A stretch of 64,000 nucleotides of DNA from an uncultured Gammaproteobacteria bacterium (lineage in GTDB: Bacteria; Patescibacteriota; Patescibacteriia; SBBC01; CAIJZX01), in NCBI GenBank assembly GCA_964349465.1, contig CAYGGC010000002.1, positions 28,841 through 92,840 of the forward strand, in the 5' to 3' direction. Positions within the stretch are counted from its first letter, which is position 1, and every line of letters begins with the position of its first letter. A program made the translations under genes and the position numbers. Below the pieces are notes generated by a model that was not told where the DNA came from, ran no database searches, and saw only the letters and a program-made list of their open reading frames with translations. Shown piece after piece: positions 28,506-36,894 of this stretch.

Positions 28506-29213
28506 TTAATGCAAAGAATACCTATAATCTTTCCCATGAGGAGAAAGGGAGCCATTAGATAAAAATTTTAATAGTGATCTATTTTTTTCGTACATCTTTT
28601 CTTCAAACTCATTAACATGGATTACATAAGGAGCTGTAATGCCTTGAAATATTTTGGATTTCCCAATGCGTGTAATTGGGATATTAAACTCTTCGAGGTT
28701 CGGTGTTAGCTTATCATCTAAGACGCAGAAAATATTGTTTAAGTGTCTTTCTTTTACCAGCAAATAAATGCCCTTAATTAATACTAGAAGTAGGTGTTTT
28801 CTTCGATAATTTCTTGCGACTATTAATCTAGAAATTTCTGCGACCTGATTTACATCAACTGGTTGAAGACGATAATCAATTTCGAAATTTCTGAGTATGG
28901 GCAATCCATCATCTGAACCGAGAATAAGCCTAGCTGTTGCAGCGAGATCTCCTGAATTATGTCTTACTACAAGATGAATGGAGTGACGATCAAAAATATC
29001 TTGTTCTCTTTTATTTGGGTAATCTCTGTAGTCTAAGTATCTATATTCTTCACAGTAAACTTTGTAACGAATTCTATAAATTTCTTCTAACTCGTCATGC
29101 TCTGAAGTTGTGTAGAAAGTAAAATTTTTATAGACACTTCTTTCTGCTAATCTTAAATTTATCCCCCCAAAGAAAGGACTCTTTACCAATGCTTTCAAAA
29201 AAATGGAGGGCAT
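28506..29213 (-). CDS. GNAT-fold N-acyltransferase of the autoinducer-synthase/N-acyl-amino-acid-synthase/OlsB superfamily
   Basis: RIRYKVYCEEYRYLDYRDYPNKREQDIFDRHSIHLVV matches the LuxI/FeeM block R..VF..E..W.....E.D.FD..S.HLVV. ATARLILGSDDGLPI...AEISRLIV matches the E.SRL.V block. The start at 29213 overlaps the upstream stop as TAATG. Confidence 0.6.
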   Translation of the reverse strand: MPSIFLKALVKSPFFGGINLRLAERSVYKNFTFYTTSEHDELEEIYRIRYKVYCEEYRYLDYRDYPNKREQDIFDRHSIHLVVRHNSGDLAATARLILGSDDGLPILRNFEIDYRLQPVDVNQVAEISRLIVARNYRRKHLLLVLIKGIYLLVKERHLNNIFCVLDDKLTPNLEEFNIPITRIGKSKIFQGITAPYVIHVNEFEEKMYEKNRSLLKFLSNGSLSPHGKDYRYSLH

Positions 29214-29890
29214 TATTTTTTCAAAACAATATAAGTTGTAGTGGCAAACCAAATCACTGAACTAAGAACGCCATAAAGGAAATTTGGAACAAAGTCGGGG
29301 GAAAAAATAGGCCAAATCAGATCGATAAATACCGCGGGCAATCCACCGATGATCACAGACAAAAGGACTAAAAAAACATTTTTGCCGTTTAACCCATCGT
29401 TTCTTTTTGATTGCTTGAATAGCAGTCCTACTGCTAATAAGTAGAGAGAGAGTAAAAGCACATTGTAAAAAGGGAGTAGAGGTCCTGCGACTACCCTCCC
29501 TACGTTTGTTGTAGAGGCAACATAATCCAACTCTATAGTTCGTGTTGTAAGAGCGATTATTGAAAATAGTGCTGCGGGCAAATACATCAATGTTCTATGA
29601 AGTCTATCCAAATGAACTAGCGGAAGTGGAAATACAATGGCCAAATGGACTAGTGACGTAAGTAAAAAAATTCCAAAAACATACACAAAGGAATTGATTA
29701 TGAGAGATGCTTCTAGGCTGTAGGCCAACAAGCCGCTGAAAATCACCCACAACCCCGTACTCAAAGCCAACAACGCCATCACCTTCCGAATTTCACTCTT
29801 CGAGTGCGTCACCCAAAAGAAAATTGCGAGGATTAACTCCCCAATCCCAACAAGGTAGGTGGCTGTAAGTAAAAAGGTTTTCATTTCCAT
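29213..29890 (-). CDS. Stand-alone 7TM membrane protein, paralogue P1 of the kinase sensor domain
   Basis: 225 aa with seven predicted TM helices. It shares MK...ATYLxGxGE..L..FFW.T, FPLP, GGLP and a terminal YIVLKK with P2 and P3. Confidence 0.6.
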   Translation of the reverse strand: MEMKTFLLTATYLVGIGELILAIFFWVTHSKSEIRKVMALLALSTGLWVIFSGLLAYSLEASLIINSFVYVFGIFLLTSLVHLAIVFPLPLVHLDRLHRTLMYLPAALFSIIALTTRTIELDYVASTTNVGRVVAGPLLPFYNVLLLSLYLLAVGLLFKQSKRNDGLNGKNVFLVLLSVIIGGLPAVFIDLIWPIFSPDFVPNFLYGVLSSVIWFATTTYIVLKK

Positions 29891-29891
29891 A

Positions 29892-30566
29892 TTATTTCTT
29901 CAACACAATATAGGAAGTTACGCCAAGCCATACAAGTGTCGCTGAGGTGCCGTACAGAGGATCTTTAGCATACCCCGTAAACAAAGGAATGATCAGGTCA
30001 TTAATGACTCCCGGAAGACCCCCTAGGACAAAGGACAAAGCCACTGGCAGAAGGGTGTGACGATATGTGACATCAGCTTTTCTCAATCGGTATAACAATA
30101 TTCCAATAGCCAGTGTATACAGTGCGATAAGGTATATATTGTAATACTGGAAGAGCGGACCGCCGTGCCAGGCGCCCTGAAATGTTGAGGAGGAAACGTA
30201 ATAATTGAGGACAGTATTCGTTCCAAAAATCTCGAAAGAAAAAATAATGGCCGGGATAAAGAGCAGAAAAATATGAAAGCGATCTATACGAATTATTGGT
30301 AATGGAAAAAGGAGAGAAAAAAGCAAAACGGCGGTTACCATGAAAACTCCAAAGGCGTATGTCAGTCGAGGTAATAGGTTTTGCGCCGTAGCATTTTCAG
30401 TATACGCAGCGCCAACGGTTGAGAGTACCCATGCGCCTGTTACGATCGCAAGGAAACCAAGTATCTTTCGAATAATTTGGTTTCCATTCGTTTTCCAAAA
30501 AAACAATCCGAGGAGAACTTCTCCTAGTCCAATCAGATACGTTGCAATGATTGCGAGTTCTTTCAT
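29892..30566 (-). CDS. Stand-alone 7TM membrane protein, paralogue P2
   Basis: Start MKELAIIATYLIGLGE. It ends SYIVLKK. Its ATG overlaps the P3 stop as ATGA. Confidence 0.6.
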   Translation of the reverse strand: MKELAIIATYLIGLGEVLLGLFFWKTNGNQIIRKILGFLAIVTGAWVLSTVGAAYTENATAQNLLPRLTYAFGVFMVTAVLLFSLLFPLPIIRIDRFHIFLLFIPAIIFSFEIFGTNTVLNYYVSSSTFQGAWHGGPLFQYYNIYLIALYTLAIGILLYRLRKADVTYRHTLLPVALSFVLGGLPGVINDLIIPLFTGYAKDPLYGTSATLVWLGVTSYIVLKK

Positions 30567-31222
30567 TTCTTCACCAAAATATATCCGGTCAAGCACAGCC
30601 AAACCGAGGTAAACAACGATCCAATAAAACCGTATTTCGTGGCCGCATTCAACGGCAAGGCGATATCAAACACCGCCGAAACCACAAGCGAGACCACGAT
30701 ACCGATCGTCACCAGCTGGGTATTTCGACGATGCAACCCGTCGGCCCGCCGCCAGGCGCGCACCAAGTTCACCAACGACCACAGCCAATACAGCCCGAAA
30801 ACGACGATCAGGAGCCAGAACAACTCGCCGGTTGCTGTCGCGTACCCAGGGCCGAAGGCAACAATACTTGAACGAGCGACAAAAATATCGGTCAGCAGGA
30901 GCCCTGGAATGAAGATCGCCGCTGGCCACAGTACCCAGGGAACGAGCTCATGATTTCCCCTCGTCGGTAGAGGGAAGGAAAAGCTAAAGGGTAAGAACAG
31001 CACCGCAGTCATCAATCCCCCGGTCCAAGCCAAGTGCTCGGCGGTGTCGCCACTGATCCACTGTCCAAGATACCCAAGCCCGTTCGCCCCCACATATAGG
31101 GCAACCGCGAAGCAAAACAAGCCATACCACATGGTCGCCTGGTTTTTCTGGTATTTCGTTAGGAACCAAAAGCCCAGCCAAACTTCAGCCAGGGCGATCA
31201 CGATTAACAGCCAGCCAATCAT
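30563..31222 (-). CDS. Stand-alone 7TM membrane protein, paralogue P3 (GC-normal copy)
   Basis: 219 aa. Contains FSFPLP and ends GYILVKK. Its GC is about 55%, unlike P1, P2 and the acyltransferase. Confidence 0.6.
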   Translation of the reverse strand: MIGWLLIVIALAEVWLGFWFLTKYQKNQATMWYGLFCFAVALYVGANGLGYLGQWISGDTAEHLAWTGGLMTAVLFLPFSFSFPLPTRGNHELVPWVLWPAAIFIPGLLLTDIFVARSSIVAFGPGYATATGELFWLLIVVFGLYWLWSLVNLVRAWRRADGLHRRNTQLVTIGIVVSLVVSAVFDIALPLNAATKYGFIGSLFTSVWLCLTGYILVKK

Positions 31223-31422
31223 AGGCTCTGACAGAAAACAAACCCACGGCCAGTGGATTGGGTTTTTTTGCTACCCTGATAAATTGTCGATTTCCCGCGA
31301 GAAAATTCCGTCACGGTGGATGTATAAAAAGTCCACCGCTACTATAGCAGATTTGGTCTAAATGCGCAACTTGATAGCCCTTGTGCTATCAGCCTCGAAA
31401 ATTGCTCCAAGAATTTCCTCTG

Positions 31423-32085
31423 CTACTGAGAAAAGCTAGTGAGGGCTTTCTGCATGTCCGCATCAGAAATATCGGCGGATCCGAAGGAAATGAGATATTT
31501 CGGGGTAATAAAGAGATAGTAATAGCCATACGGCCAAGCATCTGTGTCTCGTTGTACGGTACGAAAAACCTGTTGACCGTTCAGTGTCAGTACATCAGAC
31601 GTGAGCACTCCCCGATCCCACATATACTGATCGAGAATTGTTGCCTGAGATTGGCTATCAAGATTCGTGAGGTTATTATTGTTTGGGTATACCTCAAGTA
31701 CAATTTCATCACTTGGGTTAGGATTAAATCCTACCAATGTATCTCGATTGCGTTCAATCCCCGTATTCAAATTCTGCCGACTAAATCTAGCCGCATACGC
31801 AGCCTTTTCTCCGCCGGGAAAATGCGTCATCGAAAAACTCTTATCAAGTTCCAACGAAAAACCATATTTCTCGCTAACATATTTTGTATACCCCGGTAAA
31901 CTTTCAACTGTTGACGTTTTAAGATCTTTTTCGGAACCCCATACTTTTTGTGTAGTCGTATTACTCGTAGTGTTACTATGTAACGATTTGTCTGTGGTTT
32001 TTGCCGTTTGCCGCGTAAACACAAAAACGAACAGAGCAATACAAAGAGTAGCTCCAATGGTTGCAAGGTAAATTATTTTTTTCAT
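31423..32085 (-). CDS. Membrane-anchored secreted protein, Ser/Thr/Asn-rich linker
   Basis: N-terminal TM/signal anchor (IIYLATIGATLCIALFVFVF). No recognised domain. Translationally coupled to the gene upstream. Confidence 0.5.
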   Translation of the reverse strand: MKKIIYLATIGATLCIALFVFVFTRQTAKTTDKSLHSNTTSNTTTQKVWGSEKDLKTSTVESLPGYTKYVSEKYGFSLELDKSFSMTHFPGGEKAAYAARFSRQNLNTGIERNRDTLVGFNPNPSDEIVLEVYPNNNNLTNLDSQSQATILDQYMWDRGVLTSDVLTLNGQQVFRTVQRDTDAWPYGYYYLFITPKYLISFGSADISDADMQKALTSFSQ

Positions 32086-32777
32086 TGTCCGTCCCCCATC
32101 ATTAATCGAACGATCGCGTCGAATGTATTTCTGTACATTGAAACCCGTAGCTCAACACCATCGGACTGATTATACCAGCTCCCAAGTAAAGAATATGCCG
32201 ACCCGTCAGATAGAGTTACCTTACAGACTCGGTCGAATTTAGTGTTAAAGCAGCTAATCGTTCGATTATTCTTGCTACCATAGATTTCGTCAGAAGTCAC
32301 TTGATCTTGTATAAAGGACAGGGGTAAAAAAATTGTAGTGTATGCAGGTGGTGTAGGCACAGTCTCGCCATCTGCTGGTATCTTTTGAACTACAAACACT
32401 GGCGCGTCATTGAGGCCTTCGCATTGCGTAACGCCTTCCATAAGGTAGACAGTGTCCTCATCCAGAGACGAGGGGCAGGCAAAGAAGGAGGTCGAGTATT
32501 TAAAACAAATTGAATCATTCACGCAGTATTTCCGGAAGCCTTTTGTGTCAGGAGTGGAAAAAGAGTTTTCATAAGGGATTTGCTTACCCGACGCTATGAC
32601 GGCTGGACCACGTTCGCGCTGATCAGTTGTGTTGATATTATTGAACGACTCGACATTTTTGTCAGACGATACATTATTAGTTAAATGTGTCTCTTCTTTT
32701 TGGGATAACAAAATTCCACCGGTGATGGTTATCAATAATAGAAGTAATCCGATAGGGATATAAGTGTTTGCTTTCAT
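32082..32777 (-). CDS. Membrane-anchored, Cys-rich secreted protein
   Basis: N-terminal anchor (IPIGLLLLLITITGGILL). Ten Cys in the extracytoplasmic part. No recognised domain. Confidence 0.5.
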   Translation of the reverse strand: MKANTYIPIGLLLLLITITGGILLSQKEETHLTNNVSSDKNVESFNNINTTDQRERGPAVIASGKQIPYENSFSTPDTKGFRKYCVNDSICFKYSTSFFACPSSLDEDTVYLMEGVTQCEGLNDAPVFVVQKIPADGETVPTPPAYTTIFLPLSFIQDQVTSDEIYGSKNNRTISCFNTKFDRVCKVTLSDGSAYSLLGSWYNQSDGVELRVSMYRNTFDAIVRLMMGDGQ

Positions 32778-32802
32778 ACCGAATGAATGAGAATAGAGTT
32801 GT

Positions 32803-32849
32803 TATTGAAAAAATTACCGGGTACAAGAGTATAGTACCCTTGTACCCGG
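32803..32849 (-). terminator. Intrinsic terminator 3' of the CHAP lipoprotein gene
   Basis: On the minus strand, CCGGGTACAAG-ggtactatact-CTTGTACCCGG is an 11-bp stem followed by TAATTTTTTC. Confidence 0.55.
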
Positions 32850-32863
32850 CGACTGTGAAGGCG

Positions 32864-33649
32864 TCAGTATCCGAGGTTCAAAGCCCTGTAATTCGCCAGG
32901 TTGCCCACTCCGGACCCGGACGTCACGGCGATGACATGCATCCCGATTTCCTCGTCGCCGATGAAGTTCGAGTCGACGACAACCACCTTCCGAACCGAGG
33001 ACCCGGCGGCACCTTCCACGATACCGACTACGATGGCCGTGTGGCCGTTGACCGTATTCGTTTCGATGACGTCACCGACACGAATCTGGTAGTACGGTCT
33101 GGCCGAGCCGCCGTAGGCCGGAAGCTTACTATTCCGAACACCCGCGCGGTACAGGATCAGTGCCGCAAAACTCCGGCACTGCCCGCCGTGGGAACGAACC
33201 GTGCCGGTGTTCTGTCCGGAGCGATTCAAGCTCGTCCATGAGTAGACGTCCATGTTCGAGTAATAGCTCGGCCACCCGGTCCAGAGGGAAGCGTTAACCC
33301 CGTACCAGTCATTGCCCTTGATGACATTGTGAGCATTCGGGTCGCTCAGTAGATACGCCCAGTTACTGCGCTGGACCGTTCCATCCGCCGACAACTGCCA
33401 GTACATATAGCCCCAGTTCTGACGGAGCGCGTAGTAGCACTCGTACTGAATGGCGATACGGTTGTCGGGATGCAGTCGACTCGGCTCCACGCCCGGCTTC
33501 CCGATCCGGCCCGACATCGTGTCGGCCGGCGAAATGGTCTGCTCAGTCGTGATCGACGGCTGCACGGGGTTATCCTTCCCGCAGCTCGTCAGCGTCATCG
33601 GCACCAGTGCCAGCGCAAGCGCCAGCCCCACCACCAGAAACTTCTTCAT
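32864..33649 (-). CDS. Lipoprotein with a C-terminal CHAP-like (Cys/His amidase/peptidase) domain, CHAP-1
   Basis: The start at 33649 (MKKFLVVGLALALALVPMTLTSC, lipobox LTSC) has AGGAAG 8 nt upstream. The catalytic-looking region is GGQCRSFAALILYRAG...GDVIE...GHTAIVVG. Confidence 0.6.
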   Translation of the reverse strand: MKKFLVVGLALALALVPMTLTSCGKDNPVQPSITTEQTISPADTMSGRIGKPGVEPSRLHPDNRIAIQYECYYALRQNWGYMYWQLSADGTVQRSNWAYLLSDPNAHNVIKGNDWYGVNASLWTGWPSYYSNMDVYSWTSLNRSGQNTGTVRSHGGQCRSFAALILYRAGVRNSKLPAYGGSARPYYQIRVGDVIETNTVNGHTAIVVGIVEGAAGSSVRKVVVVDSNFIGDEEIGMHVIAVTSGSGVGNLANYRALNLGY

Positions 33650-34068
33650 TGCACACTTCCTGTTCTGCTCCATGACGGAGCTAGAGGGTTTGGTCGCTGA
33701 GGATCACCTCCTCAGGTGTTCTTGATGAGCTACCGTGAAACGGGCGACGAACTGCCGTTCTGGATCACCTCCCTTCCCTCGCACCAGTTGTTGAATTTGA
33801 GTGCTGAGGTTTTTGAATTGTAATGTGCGTCACGAACCATGATGGTCTTTTTTTGGCGTACACAAAGCACGACTATCAACGCCCACTTTCTGCGTTGAGC
33901 CGTCAGTCCTCACCAAGCATGGTGATATGCCACAGCACCAACTACTCACGAGTGGTGCTGGGCAAGCAAAAACCAGCGGCCCAACTCTCGACACTTTGTC
34001 AGGTTAACAACGTATGAACGTTGTCAGCCCGAGCGAAGTCGAGGGCCAAGCCACTGGTTCGTATGTTC

Positions 34069-34096
34069 ATTGTACTTGACGGAATAGCTGCGTCAA
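34069..34096 (-). promoter_or_regulatory. Promoter plus conserved leader, copy A (drives the long 5'UTR of CHAP-1)
   Basis: On the minus strand, TTGACG, a 16-nt spacer, then TACAAT. The transcript begins with GAACATACGAACCAGTGGCTTGG, which is conserved with copies B and C. Confidence 0.5.
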
Positions 34097-34109
34097 GTGG
34101 AAAACTTGT

Positions 34110-34730
34110 TTATTGTACTACTGCTGATTTGACCACCTTATCTAAAATAGCCATCACATCGCCTCTTCCCTGATTGTATTCAATTTCTACCGTTGGGCGA
34201 TGATCAGAATACCAATAGGTCATCGAGTAACCCACATTGGTCGTCACTTCGATATAGCGCCACTGCTGTTCATGGATTTGCTCGCTACCTTCACGAACAA
34301 TACGTTGACCTGCGGGAAGAGTGGCTTTTATCGACTGAACGAGTTCGACCGCTGAATCAAATTCGTGCTGCATGAACAGTAAACTCGGACTGTCTGGGTA
34401 GCTCACCGGAAATGACCAAGACACCGCGCCTGCCCCTTCGGACTTCGTCATATTTTTTGGGATGGCAAAAGTAAATCCACTATACGGGAAATCTTGCGTG
34501 TCGACCGCCTGAGCAACGACTGTATCCCACGCTCGACTTACATCTGTAGATACATTACCGTTTGCATTGCTGTTTTTTTGTTTCGTGTTCGTCACTGGAG
34601 TATAAAAATTTTTCAATCCAAACCAAACGCCACCTCCGATGACAATAAGCGCGACGATGACCATGAAATTTTTCATACGTAATTGACCAATGATACAAAT
34701 AAAAAAGAAAATAGGGAACAGAGAAATCAT
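34110..34730 (-). CDS. Membrane-anchored secreted protein
   Basis: The start at 34730 has GAGGGGAG 7 nt upstream. An internal MKNFMVIVALIVIGGG start is also possible. No recognised domain. Confidence 0.5.
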   Translation of the reverse strand: MISLFPIFFFICIIGQLRMKNFMVIVALIVIGGGVWFGLKNFYTPVTNTKQKNSNANGNVSTDVSRAWDTVVAQAVDTQDFPYSGFTFAIPKNMTKSEGAGAVSWSFPVSYPDSPSLLFMQHEFDSAVELVQSIKATLPAGQRIVREGSEQIHEQQWRYIEVTTNVGYSMTYWYSDHRPTVEIEYNQGRGDVMAILDKVVKSAVVQ

Positions 34731-34761
34731 ACTCTGCTCCCCTCTTTATGAGAAGGCGCCA

Positions 34762-35658
34762 TCAGTACCAGATACCCGCGCCAGAGACACAACGCCACTT
34801 CGTACCGTTGATCTGGGCGTTGGTCACATAGTGCCGGCCGATCGTCTCATACGCCAGGTAATTGGAATCGCCCACTGTCATCCCGCCACTATCCTTCGTG
34901 ACGCAGACACCAATATGCTGATTCCCGGTCCCGTTGTTGTAGTAGACTATGTCACCTACCTGAGCGCTCAGGGCTGACTGATCGCTGGTAGACGTGTGAG
35001 CCGCCCAGCTCCAGTTTAGTTTGTAACTGCCCCCGGTCGCTCGGTAGAGCAACATAGCCACAAACGCGACGCACTGCGTCCCGCGACCATAACCACCTCT
35101 CATCGCGTAACTATCGGCACTGAGATAGTTAACCCAGTACTCGACCGTGTTCTGCGGCGATGCCATCAGCCCCGGCTTGTCGATACGGCAACAGTTGCAG
35201 ACCGGCGGAATGTCATCCGAGACGCAGGTCTGGAAGGTGTTGAGCGCATAGCGGAGGCCGTTTGCATTCGCATCCGCCGCCGTCGACAACCAGTTCCAGT
35301 TCGACTTCGGACCTGAAGGGCCGACGGTATCGTCCGGCTTAGTCAACCAGGAACGGTTCAGCGAGTACCAGAACTCGTTCCGCACAAAGTACCGTCTCGA
35401 GCCGATCGAGTACGGCTGCATCGACGACTTCCGCAGGGCAGCTGCGGTCGACTCCGCACGAGTGGTGGTGTACGTCAGCGGCGTGAGACCCCGGTAGATC
35501 GACTTGACCGCACCCCAGCTCGTCCGGAGAACTTCATGCTGCAGCGTGGCATTGGCAGCGTAGTCTGGAGTCTGGTCAGTTCCAGCAACGGCTGGTTTCA
35601 CCCACACTGACATAGTTGCCAGCACGATGAGCGACAGGACCATCATCAGCTTTTTCAT
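34762..35658 (-). CDS. Secreted CHAP-like domain protein, CHAP-2 (paralogue of CHAP-1)
   Basis: Signal peptide MKKLMMVLSLIVLATMSVWVKPAVAG. The Cys/His region is GTQCVAFVAMLLYRATG...GDIVYY...QHIGVCV. Confidence 0.6.
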   Translation of the reverse strand: MKKLMMVLSLIVLATMSVWVKPAVAGTDQTPDYAANATLQHEVLRTSWGAVKSIYRGLTPLTYTTTRAESTAAALRKSSMQPYSIGSRRYFVRNEFWYSLNRSWLTKPDDTVGPSGPKSNWNWLSTAADANANGLRYALNTFQTCVSDDIPPVCNCCRIDKPGLMASPQNTVEYWVNYLSADSYAMRGGYGRGTQCVAFVAMLLYRATGGSYKLNWSWAAHTSTSDQSALSAQVGDIVYYNNGTGNQHIGVCVTKDSGGMTVGDSNYLAYETIGRHYVTNAQINGTKWRCVSGAGIWY

Positions 35659-35950
35659 TGCCGATTTCCATTTCTGCTCGAAGAACGAGCAAAGAGTTTT
35701 TGAGATGAGACAATCTCATCTCGATGTGACCATCACGTCTATTCCCACGGTACTACAACCTCGAACGCCTCCTTTTTGGATTGGAATGAACAACCCGAAC
35801 CAGGTTTGTCGTAACTCAAGCACATAAAACAAGCGGTTCAAGCCGCGGTTTTCTCACCTGTGTGGTTTACGAAAAACCAGCAGCTCGACGCTGAACTGTT
35901 CTCCCCTGTTTCGGAGAGAGTTCAGAACCAAGCCACTGATTCGTACATGT

Positions 35951-35978
35951 ATTTTACTCCGGTAAAAAGTAATGTCAA
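35951..35978 (-). promoter_or_regulatory. Promoter plus conserved leader, copy B (about 285-nt 5'UTR of CHAP-2)
   Basis: On the minus strand, TTGACA, a 16-nt spacer, then TAAAAT. The transcript begins with ACATGTACGAATCAGTGGCTTGG. Confidence 0.5.
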
Positions 35979-36318
35979 GTGCATAAAATCGAGCTTGTCC
36001 CGAGATCCTGAGTTTGTCGAAGGGCGAGGGATCAAGTGGATAAGTACATACCTACCCTCTCCCCATCGCCCGATCCACTGATCCCGATAGACAAAGTATT
36101 GGTGGTTCCCGATACTTAGTAAAAAGTAGCGGATTCCTGGGACCAATGTGCTGGTACGACGGAGAGGGGGCAGCCCCGCACCGTCCGACCTCCCCTTTGA
36201 CCCTCCCCCTACGAGGAGGGATCGGAATGGTCGAGCCAATTTCTTGGCGGACGGTGCGGCGGACTATTCGTTACCGAGATGCTTCGCGCCTCTCTCCGGC
36301 GCTCAGCATGGAAAACGA

Positions 36319-36732
36319 CTAGTCGTTTTCCACCTCATCAACGTCAACATCCTCTTTCACGAGTTTCGTGTTCACTGAATCCCCGCCCTTCGCCTTGGTA
36401 GTTCGATGGCCAAGCATAATCATATTATCAGCGACAATTTCCTTGACACTCCGTTTTCCACCATCGCGGGTCACATACTTACGCGTCGCCAAACGACCCT
36501 CAACATAGATCTTGCTTCCCTTTTTGACGTACTGACGAACAATATCGCCAAGCTTGCCCCAAGCAATGACGTCATGGAAGTCGACGGCCTCTCGCTTCGC
36601 TTTCGTTTTCGCGTCTTGCCAGGCGTAATTCGTCGCCAAGCTAAACCGAGTAATCTGCTGACCTGATGGCAGCGTTTTCCCTTCTGGATCGCGAACCATG
36701 TTCCCGATCAACGTGACCTTGTTGAGGTCCAT
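36319..36732 (-). CDS. ssb: Single-stranded DNA-binding protein
   Basis: OB-fold N-terminus (MDLNKVTLIGNMVRDPE...TRFSLATN...HDVIAWGKL). The acidic tail ends EDVDVDEVEND rather than the canonical DDDIPF. The stop codon sits in the loop of a perfect 10-bp palindrome. Confidence 0.8.
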   Translation of the reverse strand: MDLNKVTLIGNMVRDPEGKTLPSGQQITRFSLATNYAWQDAKTKAKREAVDFHDVIAWGKLGDIVRQYVKKGSKIYVEGRLATRKYVTRDGGKRSVKEIVADNMIMLGHRTTKAKGGDSVNTKLVKEDVDVDEVEND

Positions 36733-36894
36733 ACAAAAATCCTTTCTTGCCCCGCGCCGATACGGCGCGGTGGCTTATCCAGCACTTCAATCCTGAGCTA
36801 GCCGAAGGATTGTGGTGCTGGGCGCCAAGCCCGCGATCTGTCTTCGTCCCCGCCCACCAATCGCGCGGAGATGAGGACGGATTTTTTGCCTCGC

